Shown here one piece after another: positions 8,764-16,965 of a stretch of 64,000 bases of DNA; position 1 is the stretch's first letter, and each line of letters begins with the position of its first letter. The notes under the pieces are model-generated. The model had not been told where the DNA came from. It worked only from the letters and a program-made list of their open reading frames with translations, and made no database searches. The DNA is from Clostridiaceae bacterium (GTDB lineage: Bacteria; Bacillota; Clostridia; Acetivibrionales; DUMB01): positions 2,846 to 66,845 of the forward strand of contig DULF01000049.1 of NCBI GenBank assembly GCA_012840535.1, given 5' to 3'. The position numbers and the translations under genes were made by a program.

Positions 8764-10149
8764 ATGAAAAATGCACGTGTGATTCGAATTCTTGCTTTCT
8801 GTGCCGCTTTTGCAATGCTGATGCTGGCAGCGGCATGCAGCAACACCGGGAAATCGTCAGGAGATTTATCAGCCAAAGATCCCGGTTCTGCAAACGGCTC
8901 CGCATCCGGTTCTGAGTCAGGCTCAGCATCCGGTTCTGCTTCAGGGCTCAACAGCAAAGCTAAACTGAAGGTCTGGTTTTCGTTGAATACAGCAGAAAAT
9001 GATGCCCTTCAAAAGATTGCAGACAAATTTAAAGCCGAAACCGGAGTATCCGTGGAGGTCCTTGACAGCAACTTTTTCACCATCAGGCAAAAATTTCCGG
9101 TGGCTGCACAATCTTCCGAAAAGCCTGATATCGTCTATATACAGTCAGCCGATCTTGGAGTCCTTGCTTCCAACGGATACCTGCAGCCGATTGACTGGCT
9201 GGACGATGAAACCAGGTCCCGTTTTTACGATATTGGTTTTGAAGCAATGAAGTATAACGGAGTATACTATGGTGTCGGTTACTCAATTGATGCATATGGA
9301 ATTGTTTACAACAAAGCCCTTATATCAGAAATTCCGGAAACCTGGTCGGAATATTTCGCCAAAGCTAGGGAACTGACACAGAGAAACGGCGGCGAAATCA
9401 CTCTTTATGGAACCCTGGTTGCTCCCAACAATTACTGGTTTATATATCCTCTTATAAGAAATGAAGGCGGTTATTATTTTGGAAGGAATGCAGACGGATC
9501 ATACAATCCGGATGACATCGGCATAGATACCGAGGGTACCAAAGTTGCAATCAACAAGCTTTTGCAGCTTAAGGCAGAAGGCCTGACTACGCAATCCTAT
9601 ACAGAAACTGACAGCAATGTCAGCGCGCGATTTGCAAATGGAAAGGTTGCCATGTTTATATATGGCCTGTGGGATGCTGCAATTTACAGGAGCAAAGGGA
9701 TTGATTACAGAATTGCACCGCTTCCCAGGAATGATGACGGCAGCGAATCAAAACCCCTTGCAACCGTACAGGGCTTTGTACTGAACAGGTTTTCTGACTG
9801 GCCGGCTGAAGCAAAAGCATTCCTGCAGTACATCATGAAAGATGAGAACCAGCAGATTCTCTATGAAGCAGGCAATGGAGGAGAAGCCAAAACAGGCTAC
9901 CGCAATACATGCAACAAGGCGGTTGCGGCAAGTTCCTACGTACAGGAAAGTGAAGTTTTGAAATCGCTTCTCTCCGTAAGCCTGACCGGCGAAGTTTTCC
10001 CCAACAATCCCGAAGCTGTCGTCATTTGGAATTACAGCACTGAAGCTCTGAATGCCATATTCTTCAAGGGCGCGCCGGTAGATTCAAAACTAAAGGAATT
10101 TTCCGATGCTGTTAAAGCTGACATTGCCGCCATGAGGGGCAAAAATTAA
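8764..10149 (+). CDS. ABC transporter substrate-binding lipoprotein, maltose/maltodextrin (MalE-like, family 1)
   Basis: Lipobox LAAAC, a Gly/Ser linker, and typical family-1 binding-protein length and motifs (KLKVWFS, PDIVYIQSADLG, YGLWDA). Confidence 0.9.
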   Translation: MKNARVIRILAFCAAFAMLMLAAACSNTGKSSGDLSAKDPGSANGSASGSESGSASGSASGLNSKAKLKVWFSLNTAENDALQKIADKFKAETGVSVEVLDSNFFTIRQKFPVAAQSSEKPDIVYIQSADLGVLASNGYLQPIDWLDDETRSRFYDIGFEAMKYNGVYYGVGYSIDAYGIVYNKALISEIPETWSEYFAKARELTQRNGGEITLYGTLVAPNNYWFIYPLIRNEGGYYFGRNADGSYNPDDIGIDTEGTKVAINKLLQLKAEGLTTQSYTETDSNVSARFANGKVAMFIYGLWDAAIYRSKGIDYRIAPLPRNDDGSESKPLATVQGFVLNRFSDWPAEAKAFLQYIMKDENQQILYEAGNGGEAKTGYRNTCNKAVAASSYVQESEVLKSLLSVSLTGEVFPNNPEAVVIWNYSTEALNAIFFKGAPVDSKLKEFSDAVKADIAAMRGKN

Positions 10150-10178
10150 AAAAAAATTAAACTCCCGGAGGCTGCTGA

Positions 10179-11102
10179 ATGAAAAAATTATTGTGGAAAA
10201 TAAATGATTCTGTCTGCGGATGGATTTTCATGATTCCATTCCTGTTGCTTTTTAGTATTTTTTACGGCTACCCCGTAATTCATAATATCTGGTTGTCATT
10301 AACGGATTACAGCGGTATGAAAATGATGAATTACGGCTTTGTTGGCCTTAAAAACTATGAAACCATTTTTAACGAGGGATTAAGCGGATTTACAGGAATG
10401 CTTTTATGGACTTTCATCTATGCAGGAAGTGTCGTTATCTCGTCGCTGGTGCTCGGGACTTTCATTGCCGTCTTGCTTGACAAGGCGGGGCTGGTTATCG
10501 CCAAAATATACCGCGGAATATTCATTCTGCCGTGGGTTATTCCTGCATTCATTACAATTCTCATGTGGCGCGGATTTTTAAATACAAGCGACGGCCTGAT
10601 CAATTCCATTCTCGGAAAGTTCGGAATTCCGCCGATCCCATGGCTTACTGATCCGTTGATGGCAAAAGTCAGCACGGTCATTGTCATGACATGGTTTTCA
10701 TTTCCATATTTCATCATTGTCGCCCAGGGAATTCTGAAATCAATACCCGGAACGCTTTACGAGGCAGCCGAAATTGACGGGGCGTCAACGCGGCAGTCAT
10801 TTGTGAAAATTACACTACCGCTGGTAGTTCGTGCGATGCTTCCCACATTAATTATGTCATTCATCATGCAGTTCAATCAGTTCGGTATTTATCTTCTTAC
10901 ACGCGGCGAACCTGCCGCTGAGAAACTTGGTGATCCCGGAGCCACGGACCTTCTGATCACTTATGTCTTTAACACTGCATTCAGGACCATGCGTTACGAC
11001 CTTGCTGCTGCATATTCCGTCATCATTTTCTTCTTTGTCGGCGCATTCTCACTTATTGCAATGAAGGTCGGAAGGTCCATCGGAAGCGAGGAGTCCAAAT
11101 AA
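10179..11102 (+). CDS. ABC sugar transporter permease (MalF-like)
   Basis: Six TM segments. EAA loop YEAAEIDGASTRQSFVKITLPL. Confidence 0.9.
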   Translation: MKKLLWKINDSVCGWIFMIPFLLLFSIFYGYPVIHNIWLSLTDYSGMKMMNYGFVGLKNYETIFNEGLSGFTGMLLWTFIYAGSVVISSLVLGTFIAVLLDKAGLVIAKIYRGIFILPWVIPAFITILMWRGFLNTSDGLINSILGKFGIPPIPWLTDPLMAKVSTVIVMTWFSFPYFIIVAQGILKSIPGTLYEAAEIDGASTRQSFVKITLPLVVRAMLPTLIMSFIMQFNQFGIYLLTRGEPAAEKLGDPGATDLLITYVFNTAFRTMRYDLAAAYSVIIFFFVGAFSLIAMKVGRSIGSEESK

Positions 11103-11133
11103 GTATGATAGCTTTAGCGGATGGAGTGAAATT

Positions 11134-11970
11134 ATGATTACCAGGCAAAAAAAACGAAAACAGATTGGATTGAATATTTTTCTGTCGCTTATCTCGATCA
11201 CGATCCTTTTGCCTTTTGTTGCAATTGTTCTGATTTCTTTCGGCAAAGATGTCATTGTAGTAAGCGGTAGCTTATTGCCATCAGAATTTACTCTTGAACA
11301 TTATGTGTCCGTATTTACGGAATATAGATTTATTAATTGGTTCTGGAATTCAATATATCTTTCGCTTGGAACAATGGTCATAAGCCTCCTGATCACTACA
11401 ATCACAGTCTTTGCATTGTCAAGGGTGCGGTTTCACGGAAGGGACATTATGTTTTCGGCAATTTTGCTGGTTCAGGTGTTTCCGCTCACATTGTCGATGG
11501 TTTCAATCTTCAAGATTTTCAGTTCTTTCGGGCTCCTTGATAAAATCGAGGGATTGATGCTGTCGAATGCCGTTATGGCATCGGCAGGCATGGTGTTGCT
11601 CGCCAAAGGGTACTTTGACACAATACCTTCTGAACTTGACGAGGCTGCAAGAATTGATGGCGCAGGATTATTGACTATTTTTGTCAAAATCATTTTGCCG
11701 CTTGTCAAACCTATACTTGCCATAGTTGCACTGCAGAGCTTTGTGCTGGCGTATAACGAGTACGTTATTGCAAGCGTTGTAATGACAGGCGGATTCAAGA
11801 GCATGCCGCTGGCGGTCGGACTCCAGAGCATGATCGAAGGCCAATACGGCACAAATTGGTCCAGATATTGTGCAGCAGCAATTATGGGTTCATTACCGAT
11901 AATTGTCCTTTTTTATTCGATGCAGCGCTACTTTATCGGCGGGCTGTCAGAAGGAGGAGTTAAGCTATGA
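11134..11970 (+). CDS. ABC sugar transporter permease (MalG-like)
   Basis: EAA loop LDEAARIDGAGLLTIFVKIILPL; multiple TM helices. Confidence 0.9.
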   Translation: MITRQKKRKQIGLNIFLSLISITILLPFVAIVLISFGKDVIVVSGSLLPSEFTLEHYVSVFTEYRFINWFWNSIYLSLGTMVISLLITTITVFALSRVRFHGRDIMFSAILLVQVFPLTLSMVSIFKIFSSFGLLDKIEGLMLSNAVMASAGMVLLAKGYFDTIPSELDEAARIDGAGLLTIFVKIILPLVKPILAIVALQSFVLAYNEYVIASVVMTGGFKSMPLAVGLQSMIEGQYGTNWSRYCAAAIMGSLPIIVLFYSMQRYFIGGLSEGGVKL

Positions 11971-13775
11971 GTAAATGCGGTATGAATTTTGCAGCAGTAC
12001 AGCATACACCGGACACAGTTTATGCTTATCCGGTTAATGAAAACACGCTCCGTCTGAGAATTAAAACCGCCAAAGGCGATTGTACCAGGGTATGCGTGAG
12101 GTATAAAAACACATACGATCATGTCAGTTCACCTGCAAGGCAGGAGATGCAGCTTATTTCCACGGATAAATATAATGATTATTATGAAGCGGAAATCACC
12201 GAGCCCGGGAAAAGATTCAAATATTATTTCGAACTGACAGATCAGACCGGAACGGTTTGGAACTACTCAAATTACGGGTTCACGCCATATAATAAAAACT
12301 ACAATAAATTCTTTATCTATCCTTATCTGTTTGAAGAAGACCTTCCAGGTGCTCCTGATTGGGCAAGGGAGGGGTTAATCTACCAGATTTTCATCGACCG
12401 GTTCAATAACGGCGATCCGTCAAACGATCCGGAAAATTGTGTGGAATGGGATGCCCTTCCCAACCGTAAATCCTTTTACGGCGGGGACTTTAAAGGAATT
12501 ATGGATAAACTGGACTATATTGCTTCACTTGGTGCGACGATCCTGTATCTCAGTCCGATTTTTCTTTCTGAAACAAACCATAAATATGACGTAATCGATT
12601 ATTATAAAATCGATCCTGTATTCGGCACGGTGGAAGAAGCGCGCGAACTTGTAAAGAAAGCGCATTCCCTTGGAATACGCGTGGTTCTTGATGCAGTTTT
12701 CAACCACTGCAGCAATAAAAACCAATTGTTTCTTGATGTCGTTTCAAAAGGCACTAAATCCAAATATTTCGACTGGTTTTCTATCCGCGGAGAAAAAGTA
12801 GAAACTGATCCCCTTAACTATGACACGTTTGCAGGAATGGTACCTGAAATGCCACGCCTGAATACATCCAACCCCCATGTCCAGGAATACTGCATTGATG
12901 TGGCGGCCTATTGGACAAAGGAGTTGGACATAGACGGCTGGAGGCTGGATGCCTCAGATGAGGTTTCTCATACTTTATGGAGAAAATTCCGCAGCAGGCT
13001 TCGCGAAATAAAGCGGGATATCTTTATCCTGGGTGAAGTGTGGTACCGGGCAACCCCATGGCTTTTGGGCGATGAATTTGACAGCGTGACGAATTACATG
13101 TTCAGAAATGCCATTCTGGCGATGGCAACGGATCCTCAGCGCAGCAATATGGAATTTTGGGACGAAGTATGCGCAAATGAAATGAACTACAGGTCAACAA
13201 CAATTCCCTTCCTGGTGAACCTGGTAGGCAGCCATGACGTCAAAAGAATTTTAACCGCACTTGACGGCAACAGGTCCATGCTCTTTCCTGTATTCGGAGT
13301 CTTAATCACTTATATTGGGATTCCGCTGATCTATTATGGAGATGAGATTGGCATGGAAGGCGGCGAGGATCCGGATAACCGCAGGACAATGAAGTGGGAT
13401 GCACAAAACCAGGATACAAAGCTGCTTGAGTTTATCCGCAGCCTCGGAATGCTACGAAAAAACACAAATTCATTAAAAAATGGCTCTGTTAAGTTATTAA
13501 GGAATCTTCCTGACAGAGTTATCGGGTTTGAAAGGATAATTTCACCTTCCGTGCCCTTTGGTGATATTTGTTCTGCAGGACCTGAAGATCGCATCATCCT
13601 GGCAAATTTCGGCAGCAAAAACATTAGCGCAGATTTAAATCTCGATGTTGACGGCATGGGGGCTGAAAAACGGCTTTACTCATGCCTGGATAACCGCTCA
13701 TTTGCTGTCGGCGATAATGGATGTTCCAGAATTGAGTTGGACGGATACGATTTTATGGTACTCAAAGTCAGGTAA
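11967..13775 (+). CDS. GH13 alpha-amylase-family enzyme, neopullulanase/cyclomaltodextrinase/maltogenic amylase type (cytosolic)
   Basis: GH13 regions DAVFNHC, GWRLDASDEV, GEVW and LVGSHD, plus an N-terminal domain typical of neopullulanases. No signal peptide. ATGA overlap with the permease stop. Confidence 0.9.
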   Translation: MSKCGMNFAAVQHTPDTVYAYPVNENTLRLRIKTAKGDCTRVCVRYKNTYDHVSSPARQEMQLISTDKYNDYYEAEITEPGKRFKYYFELTDQTGTVWNYSNYGFTPYNKNYNKFFIYPYLFEEDLPGAPDWAREGLIYQIFIDRFNNGDPSNDPENCVEWDALPNRKSFYGGDFKGIMDKLDYIASLGATILYLSPIFLSETNHKYDVIDYYKIDPVFGTVEEARELVKKAHSLGIRVVLDAVFNHCSNKNQLFLDVVSKGTKSKYFDWFSIRGEKVETDPLNYDTFAGMVPEMPRLNTSNPHVQEYCIDVAAYWTKELDIDGWRLDASDEVSHTLWRKFRSRLREIKRDIFILGEVWYRATPWLLGDEFDSVTNYMFRNAILAMATDPQRSNMEFWDEVCANEMNYRSTTIPFLVNLVGSHDVKRILTALDGNRSMLFPVFGVLITYIGIPLIYYGDEIGMEGGEDPDNRRTMKWDAQNQDTKLLEFIRSLGMLRKNTNSLKNGSVKLLRNLPDRVIGFERIISPSVPFGDICSAGPEDRIILANFGSKNISADLNLDVDGMGAEKRLYSCLDNRSFAVGDNGCSRIELDGYDFMVLKVR

Positions 13776-13850
13776 ATTACTTTTAGGCTCAAACTTGATC
13801 CAGGGCCTGAAAGGTTTACAAATATAATTTATTTAAAGGAGGAGATCGGT

Positions 13851-14792
13851 ATGAAAAATTTGCTCAGGATACTTCCGATAGTTGCGGCTCTTCTGTTTAT
13901 CAGCATTACACCTGTTTGTGCTGCGGAGGGTGACGAAGTTCCATTGGAATCCCCGGTAATCTATGGCGATTTCAACAATTGGGCTATTGAAGGTGAAGAT
14001 GCAAAACCCCTGGCAGAGACGGAACCCGGAAGCGGTATTTTTAAAGCTTCATACCACTTTGATGCTTATACCGGGACAGGCGAAGGATACTATGTTTTTG
14101 TATGCATCACCAAGAAAGATTACGGTCAATACGGATGGGGCGCCGGTGAGCAGTACACCTTGTCCGGCGAACCTGCGGCCATGGGTTCTGCTTCATTTTT
14201 CAAGCCGGAGGTCAGTGGGTTATATGAATTTACCTATGACTCAAAAACCCATGTAACGACAATTCTGCCTCCTGAAGTGTTCTTTGAGACGCCTGTCCTT
14301 TATGGCGACTTCAACAATTGGGCTATTGAAGGCGAAGACGCAATACTCCTGACAGAGACCGGCGATGGAACCGGAATATACCAGGCTATTGTTCCATTCG
14401 AGGCATATACAGGGGAAGGAGATGGATACACAGCTATTGTTTGTCTTTCAAAAAAGAACTATGGCCAGTACGGCTGGGGTGCAGGAACACAATATACCCT
14501 TTCCGGTGAAGCTGCCGGCTTCGGATCCAAATCAAGCTTTAAGCCAACAGTCTCCGGGAATTACCTTGTATCCTACGATTCCTCGACAAATACGACAACG
14601 ATTACGCTGATACAGGAGGAAACTCCCGCTGAAACAGACGCAGAAACTCCTGATGCAGCAAATACTGGGGCCGATACGGCAGCAGATACCAAATCACCTG
14701 ATACATCAGACTCAGGAGTAATGATTTACGTCGCCGGTGTTGCACTCAGTGCAGCGGCAATTGCCATGAATACAAGAAAATTAAAAAAATAA
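13851..14792 (+). CDS. Secreted surface protein with two tandem putative glucan-binding domains and a C-terminal sorting-signal-like anchor
   Basis: Signal peptide ending VCA/AEG. Two ~113-aa repeats beginning P(V)xYGDFNNWAIEGEDA. C-terminus is SPDTSDSG, then hydrophobic VMIYVAGVALSAAAIAM, then RKLKK. Confidence 0.8.
   Translation: MKNLLRILPIVAALLFISITPVCAAEGDEVPLESPVIYGDFNNWAIEGEDAKPLAETEPGSGIFKASYHFDAYTGTGEGYYVFVCITKKDYGQYGWGAGEQYTLSGEPAAMGSASFFKPEVSGLYEFTYDSKTHVTTILPPEVFFETPVLYGDFNNWAIEGEDAILLTETGDGTGIYQAIVPFEAYTGEGDGYTAIVCLSKKNYGQYGWGAGTQYTLSGEAAGFGSKSSFKPTVSGNYLVSYDSSTNTTTITLIQEETPAETDAETPDAANTGADTAADTKSPDTSDSGVMIYVAGVALSAAAIAMNTRKLKK
13948..14612 (+). repeat. Intragenic tandem duplication (2 copies, period 339 bp)
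   Basis: TATGGCGAT/CTTCAACAATTGGGCTATTGAAGG occurs at 13962 and 14301. The two units stay alignable at DNA and protein level through ...TYDS(K/S)T..TTI. Confidence 0.85.
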
Positions 14793-14806
14793 AATGACTT
14801 GATATG

Positions 14807-14856
14807 CAAAGGTTACATCATCGATTTTCAAATGATATTTGATGGTGTAACCTTTG
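14807..14856 (+). terminator. Long hairpin after the surface-protein gene (possible terminator)
   Basis: 16-bp stem CAAAGGTTACATCATC / GATGGTGTAACCTTTG (one G-U), 18-nt loop. It is followed by an A-run rather than a T-run, so intrinsic-terminator status is uncertain. Confidence 0.3.
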
Positions 14857-14914
14857 TATAAAAAAACATTTAGATTTATTTTGCCATGATTGATTTGGTG
14901 AAGGAGTAAACGCA

Positions 14915-15709
14915 GTGGTTATCGATGCGCATGCCCATTTTGGGTCAATTCTGGATTTCTATATGCCGGAAAACATGCTGATCCAGTCAATGGACAAATA
15001 TGGCATAGATTGTGCTGTCGTTTCAAATATACAGGGAATTGAATTTGATCATGACAAACATCCGCTGGCAAAAGACAGGCTGCGGAATCAGATAGATATC
15101 AATTACGCTGCAATTGAATTTTCCCGGAAATTCCCCGGGAGAATTTATCCGCTTGTCTGGGTAATGCCGCATACAGGTGGAGTTTCGGAGGAATTCTGCC
15201 GTTTTGTTTTGGAAAACCGTTCAGGTATTTACGGACTGAAATTGCATCCCTATCTGAATCAGGCGCCAATCGATTCAGCACTTGTCGAACCATATATCAG
15301 GCTTGCCGCCGAATATGATCTGCCTGTCGTCGTACATACCGCTTCCACGGACGAATCCTCGCCCAGGAGAGTCTTTAACATGGCGGTTAAATACCCATGT
15401 GTAAAATTTGTTATGGTTCATCTAGGGTTGTATACAGACCATGAAGAATCCATTGACCTGATTGCGAAGCAGCCGAACTTGTACGGAGATACAACCTGGG
15501 TTGCGCCTGAAAGCACACTGAAATTGATTGAGAAAGCCGGACCCGACCGGGTCATGTTCGGATCGGATGCACCTATATCGGGACCGGATGGTTATTCAAA
15601 TCCCATTTATCAGACCTATCTTGAAAAGTGGAAAACGTTATTCAACACCCATGATTATGAGAAACTCATGTCAGGAAATGCAGTCAAATTCTTTGGATTG
15701 CCTGTGTAA
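14915..15709 (+). CDS. Metal-dependent amidohydrolase-family TIM-barrel hydrolase
   Basis: N-terminal VIDAHAHFG metal-binding motif, plus later VVHTAS and VMVHLG and a FGSDAP aspartate motif. GAAGGAG RBS before GTG 14915. Confidence 0.8.
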   Translation: MVIDAHAHFGSILDFYMPENMLIQSMDKYGIDCAVVSNIQGIEFDHDKHPLAKDRLRNQIDINYAAIEFSRKFPGRIYPLVWVMPHTGGVSEEFCRFVLENRSGIYGLKLHPYLNQAPIDSALVEPYIRLAAEYDLPVVVHTASTDESSPRRVFNMAVKYPCVKFVMVHLGLYTDHEESIDLIAKQPNLYGDTTWVAPESTLKLIEKAGPDRVMFGSDAPISGPDGYSNPIYQTYLEKWKTLFNTHDYEKLMSGNAVKFFGLPV

Positions 15710-15837
15710 TTGTTAAACATATAGTTAGGAAGATAATTATTTGATATTAAGAATCGTGTAAAATGCACTCAAGAAAAGATATATAAAATTAAAGATCACT
15801 AAATAAGATTAATGGAATTATAAAGCAATGAATATAG

Positions 15838-16083
15838 TTAAGCTGTAAATATATAGAAAAAGCAGTTTTTGTGAATGCCATTAAGTTCCATGGCGTACAG
15901 ATGGTGTACTAATTGTTCTCTACCGTATGTGCGCTTCAATAAGCCTTTTTTCTCAAGCTTTCCGAGTCCTCTTCATATGGTGGCTTCACCAATGAAGATT
16001 TTTTTACTAAGTTCAGTTACAGTAACGGACTTTTTTGCTTTAAGCAAATTCATAATACCCTGCTGGCGTTCAATGGCAAACAA
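15838..16083 (-). pseudogene. DeoR-family regulator fragment (HTH only) with an in-frame TGA
   Basis: My own minus-strand translation from TTG 16083 (RBS AGGAG) gives FAIERQQGIMNLLKAKKSVTVTELSKKIFIGEATI-stop(15973-15975)-RGLGKLEKKGLLKRTYG. This matches the DeoR HTH pattern ...TIRRDLxxLExxGLLxRxxGG. No sugar-phosphate-binding domain follows. Confidence 0.6.
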
Positions 16084-16099
16084 TATAACGCTCCTTTCC

Positions 16100-16561
16100 A
16101 CGATGGACCGAGAGATAGTATGACCGAATGGCTACCAAGGAAGAGATGAAACACTAAGGGTAGATCTTTGCTATCTAGAATCAGTCCCATCTGGAAAACC
16201 GGGTTTGAACGTTTTTCCTTTTTCTTAAAACTAGGATATATAATTCGTGAATATACAAGTAGACGAAAGATAGCGTTCAAATTAAAGCCAATATTGAGTA
16301 TGTTTTCGTTACGTTGGAAAAAGCATGAGTGCCTAATCCATGGTAAATCTTTTCAAGGAAAACATAACCAAGGTTTTTTAATCCTATTTCCTTAATCTTT
16401 GCAAATGGATCGAGGAGAAGGCGGATGGGTTTAAAAGTACGGGAATTTTCTTCAGTGTATTGGCATGCAATTTCCCGAAAGAGAGCGATTTTATCGGGAT
16501 ATTGCTTCAGTTCATCGAGGCAGCCAAGGATTTCAACATGCTTTTGCTTTAACCTTGCCAT
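16100..16561 (-). mobile_element. IS1634-family (IS4-like) transposase remnant, frameshifted and internally deleted
   Basis: ORFs 16277..16561 and 16050..16280 are in different frames. Segments GYVFLEKIYHGLG, LLVYSRIIYPSFKK and RSNPVFQMGLILDSKDLPLVF match conserved N-terminal blocks of IS1634-type transposases. Only about 170 of about 550 aa remain, and no terminal repeats are recognisable. Confidence 0.65.
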
Positions 16562-16965
16562 TTTCTCTGAAAGATTAAGTTAGAGTCAGTAGAATCCGGC
16601 TGTTTTTGCAGCTATTTTTTTCACAAGTATGGGCAATACCTCCATACGTTGTGTGTTTATCCTATTATACTAAAATATACGCTTCCTGATAATACATAAA
16701 TAATACATTATTCTTGACATAAAAATAAATGCTATCAGCGGTCTATTAAGTCTTTAACAATATTTATTTTATGCTATTGCTGCAAAAGAAACGAGAGGGT
16801 TACAGTCATTTAAATAATCTTGTTACTGATATTATTGATATCTGATGAATTTTACTGTTAAATCAATATTTTTCTATGTGTACTCAATGTATTCCATTTT
16901 TCAAAAATTTATGTAAAGTTATAATTGACTTATACTACAAAGCTTTTAAAGAAAGGGGAATATAT

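Noticed and set aside
8394-8957. 187-aa minus-strand ORF with an EPDAEPDSEPDAEP repeat.
   Set aside because: It is the reverse complement of the Gly/Ser linker (GSASGSESGSASGSASG) of the MalE-like lipoprotein plus the end of the upstream gene. The plus-strand reading has lipobox and binding-protein motifs.
15710-16965. AT-rich, apparently repetitive non-coding stretch checked for a CRISPR array or tRNA genes.
   Set aside because: There are no regularly spaced direct repeats and no cloverleaf-compatible segments. The content is explained by the DeoR fragment, the IS1634 remnant and an AT-rich leader. The short inverted repeat TATTGAT...ATCAATA (about 16840-16880) is too weak to call.
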